Source: Podarcis erhardii
Lineage: Eukaryota
Reading direction: 5' to 3' (one strand)
Assembly: GCA_964252035.1 (NCBI GenBank)
Contig: OZ176202.1
Length of the DNA stretch: 64,000 nucleotides
Part shown: piece by piece, positions 1 to 10,435 of the stretch
How positions within the stretch are numbered: the first letter of the stretch is position 1
Layout of the letters: every line of letters starts with the position of its first letter
Program-made: the position numbers and the translations under genes
The notes under the pieces: model-generated
The model's input: the letters and a program-made list of their open reading frames with translations, nothing else
Databases searched by the model: none
What the model was told of the DNA's origin: nothing

Positions 1-833
1 GCAACGCAACCCCACACCTCCTTCTCCATGCATGCAGTCTGTGTCTGGAGAACAAGACGGCTAATGGTCAGACACAGTAATGCTTCTGGACAGTGCTCCC
101 CCCCCCCAAAAAAAGTTTAGCGGTACTCTCCTTTTGACGCAAGAAAATCACAGTGTTATAGTTCAGATCAGGAAAAATAAATACAGTAAATACAATGAAA
201 CTGACCAATCACCATGCTAGAGTCCAACTCCTACTTCACACATTAAACGCTCGTTTCCCCCTGAGACTCAGGAAACACTGTGACAGGAAATGAGGCAGCC
301 ATCGGGGGTAGCAGCGGAACTGACAATTCACCGTGCTATTCAATGGCACTGATTTATTTATTTTTTAGTTTCTTCTCCCATTAGATTCACAAAATGTTTA
401 GGGGTATGCATACCCCTGCGTCTCTCCAGAAAAAACAACACTGCTTCTGGATAGCAGTTTCTGGAAACTGCAGGAGGGGAAAGGGCTCTTGGGCTTGGTT
501 TCTGCTTTCAGGTTTCCCCTCAGGCAACTGGTTGGCCACTGTGGGAACAGGATGCTGGTCCAGATGGGCCATTGGCCTGTTCCAGCAGGCTCTCATGTTT
601 TTAAATTGGATTATAAAGGAAGGGATGTCACTGCTTTAAATTAAAACGCAAATATTTGTATTTATGGAGCCTTTTTGGTATATAGGATGGAGCTTACATG
701 TTTATGCTGAGTAAATAGAAATAGGAATGTCTAAACCTTCGTCTCATGACCCATCCTAGCATTAGATTCACATGTGGAAGAGGAGCAGACTTATGCTAGC
801 TGGCTCTAGACCCAAAATCTATGCATTCAACAG

Positions 834-1300
834 TGTCAGGGACTGGGCAGAAGAGGAATGGTGGAAACTGCCTCCCCAGCTTGACCCTTCCAGAGAGGAG
901 AAAGAGGTAGACAGGAGTTTGAGGGAGGTCACAGCTCAGAGGGGGAAAGATGGGAAATAATGGGAGAGTAGGAGGAAGAAGCACCAGAGGGGCGACAGCT
1001 GACGGGCACAGTGTCTTTAGAAAGCATTCCAGGCCCCTCCTCTCCCAGAACCCGGCGAGCCATGAAAGTAGGAGAGCAAAGAGCTCAGCACCCCTGGGAG
1101 AGACAATGAAAGTGACGAATGAGGAAGTGGGAGAGACGGGGCGGGGTGGAGATTCACTTGGGACAATGCCATTATCCAAGAGGCTGGGTTCTATGGTCTC
1201 TCTCTGTAAATACTGAATAAAAAGTGGATGGTAAGAAACATTTCCTTGTCTTTATACGTTCCTCGGCAGCCAGCCAGGAGTCGCTGGCAGCAGCCTGACA
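834..1300 (+). mobile_element. Solo LTR (Gypsy/ERV-type), 467 bp
   Basis: Ends TGTCAGG...CCTGACA (7-bp inverted termini, TG...CA), flanked by a perfect 5-bp TSD AACAG (829-833, 1301-1305); AATAAA near 1216. Confidence 0.85.
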
Positions 1301-1302
1301 AA

Positions 1303-1448
1303 CAGTGGCAGATTTAGGGGAGCATGACTAGTTCAGTCGCACTGGGCACAGAGCCTTGGGGGCTCCGCAGGGTGTGCCACAGCTATGAGGTAGAACGGAA
1401 GGCAATAGGTAGGGGGTGCCAAATTTGGCATCACACAGGGCACCACTG
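1303..1448. mobile_element. Short hAT-like MITE
   Basis: CAGTGG...CCACTG termini; the start CAGTGGCAGATTTAGG resembles the termini at 27740 and 31279. Confidence 0.5.
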
Positions 1449-2289
1449 ATATTTGAGACTCCAGAGTCCTCCACTGCATTCAGCATGAGTTGAAAAAGTG
1501 CTGTATGTGGGGATAGTGAGTTGGGATAGTAGGTGTGATCCTGCTTCATGATCAACACATTATGTGTATGCTATGGATGGATCATGAGAAGAGACTCTAG
1601 CCATCTGTTCTGAGTATTAGCATTAGGAAATCAATTACGAAGTTCCTAGATTGGGGAAAATGCTTGTGAAGCACCAGCACACTAAAAAGACTGACTTCCC
1701 ACTACACTGAATATAATTAGTGCCCACAGGAGCTGTGAGGAGTATGAAAGCCACATGACCCTTCCTCAAAGGATGCTACATTTGAATGTTCTGGAAAGGA
1801 GAGGGGGCTTAATGTGGACCTGCATGTACTTAGTATTGTATTCAGGTGAAATTGGTATGGGAAACCACATCTAAGCTCTCCTTGAGGACTATTTTCATCA
1901 CCCTCAAAATAGTATGGTTATTTTTCAGGTCTAGCCCAAAGACTGCACAACAGTTTCACTGCCTTGCAAAGTAATTGCATGGATGTTAATTGAGCTTGCG
2001 CTGATGAGGTGCAGAAGTCAGATTATTGCCACAGGGCCCATTTGGGGGTGTAGAGAATAAACAGACTCAACTACACAGGGAATGTAGCAGTAGGATGATG
2101 GTGATCTTTGCAAGAGCATCACTGTACTCTCCAGTTTTACAGCTGAGAGCAGGGGGAATGGCAACTTGGCAACTCCTAGTAGAGTGTAAAATCGACTGCC
2201 AGGTCCCATATGCTGCAGATGGCTGTGCCATGCACTTATTTCACATCCCATATATCAGGGAAAGAGGAACTGTGAAGAACTCCCATGCA

Positions 2290-2465
2290 GAAAATGGAGA
2301 AGGCTTAATTTGCGGTTGGGCAAGACACAGATTTTGACTAGGGGGAAGCTTCCTAATAATGGGAAGGGGTGTTAGACAGCACAACAGACTGTCTTGGGAA
2401 GGGTGGAGGGAGCTTTCCTTCACTGGAGGTCTTTAAGTAAGGGCTAGATGGGATCCTGTAGATGC
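2290..2465 (+). mobile_element. CR1 LINE 3' region, first half (continues at 3985-4043)
   Basis: CR1-like ...CCTTCACTGGAGGTCTTTAAG...GGCTAGATGG...GATGC, interrupted by nested inserts. Confidence 0.65.
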
Positions 2466-2518
2466 CGTTTACACCAGATGGGCAGGGTATAAATAATACA
2501 TGGCCGTATTAATAATAC

Positions 2519-3379
2519 ATGGCCAAATGGCCGAAATATTGGGAGATACTAGAACAAGATCGAGACACATTGAGATTGCAGAGTTTTGAGAAACTAAAAG
2601 ATAAAGTGCGAGATTGGTTACACTATTATCAAATTAGAGAGGCCTTTAACTTGGATAAAAAAATAGGCTTCCAGGTGGAAAAATCGAAATTAGAAACAGA
2701 ATTGTTAGAACCTAAAACTAAGATACTTTCGAGAATGTACAACTTGCTGATAAAATGGAACACTCAGGATGAAACAGTCAAATCAGCTATGATTAAATGG
2801 GCACAGGACATTGGTCATAACATTATGTTTGCTGACTGGGAAAAGTTGTGGACCACTGATATGAAGTTTACGGCATGTAATGCCTTAAGAGAAAATATTA
2901 TGAAAATGATCTATAGGTGGTACATGACCCCAGTCAAGCTTGCAAAAATTTATCACCTGCCTGATAACAAATGTTGGAAATGTAAAGAAACCGAGGGAAC
3001 ATTCTTTCACCTTTGGTGGACATGCCCAAGGGTTAAGGCCTTCTGGGAAATGATCTATAATGAACTAAAAAAGGTATTTAAGCTTACCTTTCCTAAGAAA
3101 CCAGAGGCCTTCCTTTGGGGCATTGTCGGCCAATTGGTGCCAAAGAAAGATAGAACATTCTTCATGTATGCAACAACCGCAGCAAGAATACTCATCGCAA
3201 AGTACTGGAAGACACAAGATTTGCCCACCCTGGAAGAATGGAGGATGCAAGTGATGGACTATATGGAATTGGCAGAAATGACTGGCAGAATCCGAGACCT
3301 GGGAGAAGAGTCGGTGGAAGAGGAATGGAAGAAGTTCAAAGAATACTTACAAAAACATTGTAAAATGTTTGAATGTTAA
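2519..3379 (+). CDS. L1-clade LINE ORF2 C-terminal fragment (5'-truncated) with cysteine-rich CCHC-type motif
   Basis: Stop-free 286 aa containing CWKC...HLWWTC and AARILIAKYWK...EEW, typical of L1/Tx1 ORF2 C-termini. The Met is a junction artefact, not a true start. Confidence 0.9.
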   Translation: MAKWPKYWEILEQDRDTLRLQSFEKLKDKVRDWLHYYQIREAFNLDKKIGFQVEKSKLETELLEPKTKILSRMYNLLIKWNTQDETVKSAMIKWAQDIGHNIMFADWEKLWTTDMKFTACNALRENIMKMIYRWYMTPVKLAKIYHLPDNKCWKCKETEGTFFHLWWTCPRVKAFWEMIYNELKKVFKLTFPKKPEAFLWGIVGQLVPKKDRTFFMYATTAARILIAKYWKTQDLPTLEEWRMQVMDYMELAEMTGRIRDLGEESVEEEWKKFKEYLQKHCKMFEC

Positions 3380-3930
3380 AATGATGTTGGATATAAAGTT
3401 AACATGGCATTAGTGACATGGTAAAAAGAAAAATGCAAGAATGTTTTAAAAGAAAAGGGTGTAAAGGCCGAGTAATATCATGTCGAAATTAAATAAAATG
3501 ATATAAGGGATTAAGTTATAAAGAACATGCAAGAATGTATTTAAAAAGAAAGGGAAAATAGAAGACATAATAGGTTGGAATGTATAATATTGATTAAGAT
3601 TTGAAAGAGGGTAAGGAGCTGCTAAATTTGATTGTGTAAAGGGGAATGCAGGAAAGGGAGACGTGAGGAAGTCAGGAAAGAGGGTTATAAAGATAAGAAT
3701 TCAAAAACTAACTTTTCTTTATTTTCTGTTCTTTCTTATTTTTTCTGTCATATGTTTTTATACTGTGTTTTTTTATCTCTGTTGGATTATGTTGTTTTTT
3801 ATTGTATTTCTTTGTTGTTTTGTTTGATTGCAAGATCTGTTTTATTATATAAAATCAAAATAAATATCTTTAAAAAAAAAGAACGGAAAGCTCAACTAAT
3901 AGTTGATTAAAAATAAAATAAAATAAAATA
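2521..3930 (+). mobile_element. 5'-truncated L1 insertion with 3' UTR and A-rich tail
   Basis: ORF2 end, ~500-bp UTR, AATAAA 3859-3864, A-run 3872-3880, (AAAAT)n 3909-3930; 10-bp TSD AATAATACAT at 2511-2520 and 3931-3940. Confidence 0.85.
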
Positions 3931-3937
3931 AATAATA

Positions 3938-3970
<33 letters not shown>

Positions 3971-3984
3971 TATTACTACTACTA

Positions 3985-4043
3985 CTTTAGAGTCTGCACT
4001 GATCAGGGGGTTAGACTAGGTGACCTACGAGGTCCCTTCTGAC
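3985..4043 (+). mobile_element. CR1 LINE 3' end, second half
   Basis: CTTTAG...CAGGGGGTTAGACTAGGTGACC...GGTCCCTTC matches the CR1 terminal motif and continues directly from 2465. Confidence 0.65.
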
Positions 4044-5184
4044 TAGAGATGGATAAATCTTGTCAATTTCAATTTCTCTTTTTTGAATAATAATAATAAT
4101 AATCTCAGAGGTTTTTAATAGGTTCAGTTTACCGCATTTCCACAATCAGTTTGTGGATTATTATTTTTAAAAGAGTCTCATGAAGATTCATCAGCATTTT
4201 AATATGCATTTCTTCTAATATATTACCACTACTGTACTACTACTATTACCAGGAACAGAATACAGTAACATTAAAACCATAATTAAAACACTAACTAAAA
4301 AAAGCCGTAACACACAGGCACAAAACTATAAAGCAGTAGATGGCAATAAGTCCTGAGCAGTTCAGTCCCTTACTATGAGCCAGAAAATTGGCATTTGAAA
4401 GCAATCCAAGAGAGGGTCTGCCTCCAGAATACTGTGACTTCTAGTACTAGCAAAGATCAATTTTAGAACATGAAAACCTGTATTCTGCAAGCCAAATGTT
4501 CAAATCTGGTCACATTACCATATAAGAACGTAGTGAAAAATAAGTAATGCACCTAATAAATATGTATAGTGGGAGACTAAAGAAGTGGCATGATCATGTC
4601 AGTTGCAGTTCTAAACAACCTGTGATGAGTGCCATTCTGGAGCTCTTTTAAAAGACACAGAATCAGCCTCTTTAGCCCGTGACAAACATTGGAAGTGCAC
4701 AAGCCTTCTGTGAGGAAAGGAGTAGTCAGTGGATTTGCTCTGCATTTGTACTGGTGTAATTGAGAGGACAATTTGCCTCCAGGACTACAATAAACAAGAG
4801 CAACCACAAATGAACTGTGAAGGTGATTGGGTTATTCTCTCATGTACAAAAGCAAAACTACATGGCAGATTCCATTCCTGCAGGATGTGATTAACTCCTG
4901 TTGACTTAATTGTGTCTTGTGGGGAGAACTGGGCCTTGAAGGGGGAAAAAAGTGTTGCTGCCAGTGTGGTTCCACAATCGTAAAGTCACACACACACAAG
5001 GATAGGAGGATTTGTTTGTTTTTTAAGATGCTATTTTCGTGTGCTTTTTACTGGTCATTGGTTCTTTTCTCTACAGCTGAGGTAGAGAACCTGTCACCCT
5101 CCATTGTTTCCCCATACCTGCTTTACAGCTTGTTGCCTTGTTGGAAAAGACTAAGGTCCACCTTGTGGGTGCAAAGGTGATAAC

Positions 5185-5320
5185 AGACCCTCCAAGTGTC
5201 TCTGTTTTCCAGGGACAGTCCCAGATTGTCAGAAACCATCCCAGTTTCTGATTTGATCCCAGAATGTCCCACTTTTCCTTAGGCCGTCCCTATCTTCATC
5301 AGAGAAATGTTGGAGGGTAT
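5185..5320. mobile_element. hAT MITE
   Basis: Inverted termini AGACCCTCCAA...TTGGAGGGTAT and an 8-bp TSD GTGATAAC (5177-5184, 5321-5328); a related copy starts at ~56598. Confidence 0.8.
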
Positions 5321-5429
5321 GTGATAACCCTCCCAAGTTGGTTCTCTCCAGTTTCTGGTCTTCAGAGGTATACTACTGCTCTGTAGATGGAAGTTCATGG
5401 GCAATAATTATACACAGACAGATCCATGA

Positions 5430-6090
5430 ATTTTCTGATCTTTTTAAAAAGATTTTCTTGTGAACAAAATAGTACATATATTGTAATGCCTCCACTTTCA
5501 ATTCATCTTTTTCAGTGTTTATATATATTTGGTATGAGACACTTGTAGACATTATGTGGTTGGTGGGAGAGAGGGAAATGATCAGGGCTTACCCTGATTA
5601 ACTTTCTATCACACAGTGTTTGAGCAAGGTTTTTGTGTCACTGTCATGTGAGTAGGTCTTAATTTATTTGTTTGTTTTGGTGTGAGAGATTAGAGGGTCC
5701 AGAACTTGGTTGGTTGCATTTGGTTGATTGCAGTGTGGTTTGTTTGTTTGTGTGTGTGGTGTTGTTGGGTCAGATTAGCCATATTGATCCATAGGCTGTG
5801 AGGTGGGGGTGGGGGAATAGGTCATTGTCTTGTTGTGCTGTATATGTGATAAAGGGACGGCACACCAGGGTGAAGGTGTCCTTCTTTGCTTGCCCCTGTG
5901 CTAGTTTAAGTTTGTCATTTAACTTTTCTAATAGGGCAGCTTCCTATACATTTTGGTGCCAGTGGTCCATATTTACTCCTGATAGGTCTTTCCAGCAATA
6001 AGCTATGATGTTTCTAGCTGCTGAGAGTTAGTGACTTATGAGTTCCTTGTTGTGTGGATGTGCATGGTTGTCCAGGAAGATTTTTTTTAA
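5430..6090 (-). mobile_element. Old degraded L1 3' fragment
   Basis: Minus-strand translation with stops gives SAARNIIAYCWKD...HW...LLEKLNDKL, the same C-terminal motif as the young L1 at 2519. Confidence 0.7.
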
Positions 6091-8289
6091 AAAAAATATC
6101 CATCCAAGCTAGTGGATCTATCTTTGTCTTCTGAGTTAGAGACCCACTTGGAAAGCAAAACACAAATGACTTTAGTGGTGGTAAACCTGTAAGAAAAGCT
6201 CCAACATCTGTGACTGTTTCAAACCATTTGAATTGTCCTCATTTTCTTCATTTTTTTAGGCTGGGTTTGTTATTATTCTTTTGGTAAGGCCAATGTCAAT
6301 GGCAGACCAAAGGGACATTTTGGATTTGCATACCCGCTAATGAATAAACACATGCAAATGAGCAGTGGCCTATTTTCTTTTCCCTTTGAGAGAGGAGCAA
6401 CCCTAAATCACACTGCTACCAACATGGTCGAGAAGCAGCAAATGCATCTCTTGCTTTGGGTCAGAGAACAAACTGCATTCGGCAGGCCTGTTTTATCACT
6501 ATTAACCATCAGCTTCTAATACAAAAACAAGATTTCCTTTTGTACAAGAACCTAAACAAATGAAGTCTTGGAGAACAGTTAAGGACACCCAATCCTGATG
6601 CAGAAGGTCTTTGGTTCAGATCGCACCCCTGTTGTGAACAAAGCAGTAGGCAGCCAACACAAGACACCACCTCTCAGGTCAAGCTGCCCGTATGCAATTT
6701 GCCGGTGATATCAGGTGAATGACACATGTCAAATGTGGACCGACAAGGATGGGGAGACAAAGATTTGGCCTGCCAGCCGTAAAAGATTCCCCACCCTTGC
6801 AATATGGGAACAATGATCCAGTTTACAGGGTTGCTGTAAGGATTGCTGAGGTTAGTGATCACTAAAGTTGCTAAAGTCCCTAACTGTGCTGGCTTGGATC
6901 ATGAATTCATCTCCCTTTGAGCAGCTTTTGATGGAAAAGTAGGTTTGCCACTTTGTGAGTCTGTGCTCTAATGGTATTAGTTATGTGTCACTCTCAAAAA
7001 CAGCTGGATCACTGTTGTTTATATGCCTCCTTTTCTATTTTTGTGGAAGGGTGTGTGTGTTTGTGTCTCTCTCTCTCTCTCTCTCTGTATATATATAATT
7101 AATAAATTCTAGCTTCTGATGCATGGCTATGCTACATTTCCCTCAAAAAATTCTTCCCTGGCTCAGAATGTAAAAGAAGGTTTCTGTGTGTGCGCCATTA
7201 GCTTTGTGCAGCAGTTCTTCTGAGTCAAATTTTTACTCTCATCTTGTTGCTTGGTATGAATTACATGATCACACCAGTCAACCAAGCAGCCTTTATTGGG
7301 TGAGCATCTTCTCAATTTCAGTCAATTCACTTGATTGTTACTTGCAAATGTTTTCTGTGGTTGCCATCCTCTTTCTAGATCCAAAATGTCTTATTGTTCC
7401 AGAGTAGGTTTGTTTTGAAAGTGGGAGTGTAGTTGGATTTCCACAGCTGTTACTGGGAGCTACAATTCCCAGAGGGCAATTCAGTATGGCACACAATGGC
7501 ACCACAAGTATGCATGAACAAGAATTGCTGGTTAGTTTAGATCTTAAAAAAAACCTATTTCTTAGTGACAGTATCCATATGAAAGGCTTTGGATATTTTA
7601 TTGATGATCATCATTTGAATGGAATGGTCATTTTCTCTCTTCCACCTGTGCTGCTCCCCCCGATGCGTCCTGATCCACAGTCTGAACGAAGGAAAAGGAT
7701 AAAATATTTCAAGACCGGGCAATTTCTTGTCCATTTCAATACCGCATTGTAAAGCAAGGTGGTTCTTTCCTCAAGACATCATCCCGTACATCCTTTGAAA
7801 TGTGCTTGAGAAGCATCTTTTAGCTCTATAAATGGATATTGTCCATCAAGGACACACAACAGTTTGTACTCTCAGAGGAGTCACTCATATGTGGTGAAAC
7901 AAAGAACATCACAGGAGATCAATATTGTCGTGCTTTTTTCTTTTTCTTTTTACAATCTGTCAAGAGTTGGAGGTCTATGAAGGAGAAGGAGCTGAAGGTC
8001 GTCTGGCTTTACAAAAACACTTTACAGATTCCAATGTTTAAAATCCCTCATGGGATCAAAAAGAGTGGGGTTGACATTTGACTTTCCATAACCCTCCACA
8101 AGTTGGAGGAATAACATCTCTAGTGGGGAGCCTTTCTTCTCATGTAGGCTTCACAGTATGCTTTAGAACCCTGATCTTCAAAAATCCACTATAATATACA
8201 AGTCATACTAACCTTTGTTTACTGCTCACTGGAGTATACTGGTAAAGAATCTGATACTTCTTGTGATAACCCCCAAAGAAACTCTATAG

Positions 8290-8419
8290 CAGTGTCCTCG
8301 GCCCTCCAGCTGTTTTGGGACTACAATTTCCATCATCCCTGACCACTGATCCTGTTAGCCTAGGGATGATGGGAGTTGTAGTCCCAAAACATCTGGAGGG
8401 CCAAGTTTGGGGATGCCTG
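8290..8419. mobile_element. Palindromic URR1-like hAT MITE
   Basis: Quasi-palindrome (...GGGACTACAATTTCCATCATCCCT...AGGGATGATGGGAGTTGTAGTCCC...) with 8-bp TSD CTCTATAG (8282-8289, 8420-8427). Confidence 0.8.
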
Positions 8420-8696
8420 CTCTATAGCTATGGGGCAGCCACCAAGAATGTCTCTACATACAGTTGTCAGCTGGTCCATCTAGCTCAGTATCATCCACAC
8501 CAATGGACTTCATGGGTCACGATCCATTATTGACAGAGTGGGTCACATCAGTAGCAATACGACCATACAAACACATGTTTAAAAATGAAAAAGTGGATTC
8601 CCCACATGTGTGCTTTGGCTAAAACTGGGCCCTGGGTCTGCAAAGGTTGAAGGAAACTGGTCAACTGATCTATATTAAACTGTCATGGTTTCAGGC

Positions 8697-8782
8697 AGAA
8701 CTATTTTCCAGTTATTGGGGTATGAACCGGAGACCTTTTGTATGCAGAGCAAATGCTCTACCACTGAACCACAGCTCTTCCC
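8697..8782 (-). mobile_element. tRNA-Ala/Cys-derived SINE head (Squam3-like)
   Basis: Reverse complement GGGAAGAGCTGTGGTTCAGTGGTAGAGCATTTGCTCTGCATACAAAAGGTCTCCGGTTC has A/B box-like motifs and resembles 50787-50878. Confidence 0.6.
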
Positions 8783-10094
8783 CACACTGTGTGTGAGAGA
8801 TAGAGATGTTCTCACTTACACAGTGTTGAGCATCGGTGTTGAGTTTGCATCGCTGTGTTGGGTTCACTGAATGATCTGAGATGTGATTGCAGGTCCATGC
8901 ATGCTGTCGGGAAATGTCCCTCTCAAGATTCTGGGGGCACTAAGCAACATTGCTGGGTAGAGCTGAATCTGTGAGAATAAAACGGAGCCACTGCAATGAT
9001 GGTCTTCTAAAGATGATTAGAATATTCAAGAAGCCAGAATGAGTTGCTGGGAAAATGTCACTCCTCAGCATGTTACAGCAGGAGGCTCTTAGCAGAGCTC
9101 CATGTACTACTCACAGCAGGCTCTGATAGTACAATAGCTTCTGTAACCTCTGCCTGTTCTCTGTCACTTTTCTTGTTTGGTATTATTTGTTTTATGTTGA
9201 TACTGTCGGTGCACTTAAAGAGATTATATATTTTTCCTGTGGCATAAACAAAATGACTTGGATTGCACAATGAGAATAATGGTAATGACTAGTCAGACTT
9301 GGAGGAGACTGATAGCAAGGGGAAATAAATCTTCCGCATTCAACTGGAGTTAGGTACCACTGCTTCATAACAAATATCTTGTCAGCTTATGAGAAGGAAG
9401 CAGACCACCGCGGAGCTGGGGGAGGAAGAGATTCATTTCCAAGGGGCCCAGTTGATGGATTTGGGCTGGCTCATGTCACTGACAGCCACACAAGTGCTCA
9501 AGGAGTGTGTAGGTTCCTTAAGCTCTCACAACTAGGCCCAATGCTAACTGAGTTATCATTTGCGTAAACTGGGGGTGGCGAGAGAGAGAGAGAGAGAGAG
9601 ATTCACTCACACTCAGCTACACAAATCCTTCCTTTCTCAGTTGAGGAAGCAGGGATTTTTGCCTGTTCTCCACTCATCAAATGATTGACCTGATAACTGG
9701 GGAGGGGCTGATTTGCATCTCTCTAAGGGCACTGTGTTTACTTCATTTTTTCTTTTTGCCACCATCACAAAGTTAAAGTGTGGCAGAACCACTCATGCTG
9801 CCCTACATCCACATCCGATGGGACACTGTCCCATCAACCTCAGTCTGCCCTCATCCGGTCCCCACCTACCTACCTGCACCACTGTACTTTCCCCTTCATC
9901 TCAGAGTTGCCCTTGTAGGACGGAAGTGGAGGAGGATGGGATTAAAACTAGACTTAGTTGATTTAGTCTGCCATTGACTCTGTCTCTACCTATTGTTCAC
10001 CTCTTGCCTTCTGTCCTACCAGTCCCAATGGGCACCAGCTGTTACTGGTCTTTGAGATCACTTGGATTATATTGTCTCAGTAACTTTGAAACCA

Positions 10095-10435
10095 CCCACA
10101 TCATACATTTAAAGCACTCAGGGTTCCCCCCTCCAGCTGGAACTCACTGGAGCTCAGTTCTGGGACTTCTCAGATGGCTGCCATTGCCATTATAAGAGAA
10201 CAAGGAAGAAGTTCATGGTGAGTTCTGGCACCTATTTTTCTAGAAAAATAGCATTGCTCTTGCACCACTTTAACATTCCTGGCTTTCCCTAAACAACCAT
10301 GGGAGCTGTCATTCATTAAGGATGCTGACCTCACAGACCTACAGTTCCCTGCACCCTTAACAAACTATAGTTCTCAGGATTCTCTGTGATTGTTAAAGTG
10401 AGATAAGAGTGCTTTAAATGTATGGTGTGGATGTG
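10095..10435. mobile_element. Old palindromic DNA MITE, probably with a nested hAT fragment
   Basis: Inverted ends CACATCATACATTTAAAGCACTC...GAGTGCTTTAAATGTATGGTGTG; related copies at ~37990-38165 and ~53415-53745. Confidence 0.6.

Noticed and set aside
380-772. 12-bp direct repeat ATTAGATTCACA at 380-391 and 761-772 as a possible TSD
   Set aside because: The enclosed sequence has no coherent element ends or tail, so this cannot be distinguished from chance.
3420-3850. Possible long G-U-rich hairpin in the L1 3' UTR
   Set aside because: A purine-rich tract followed by a T-rich tract pairs loosely by composition alone; only short exact stems (e.g. ACATAAT/ATTATGT) were found. It needs folding against shuffled controls.
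4620-4720. C/D-box snoRNA candidate (GTGATGA); similar at 35785 and 43388
   Set aside because: No correctly placed terminal CTGA with a closing stem.
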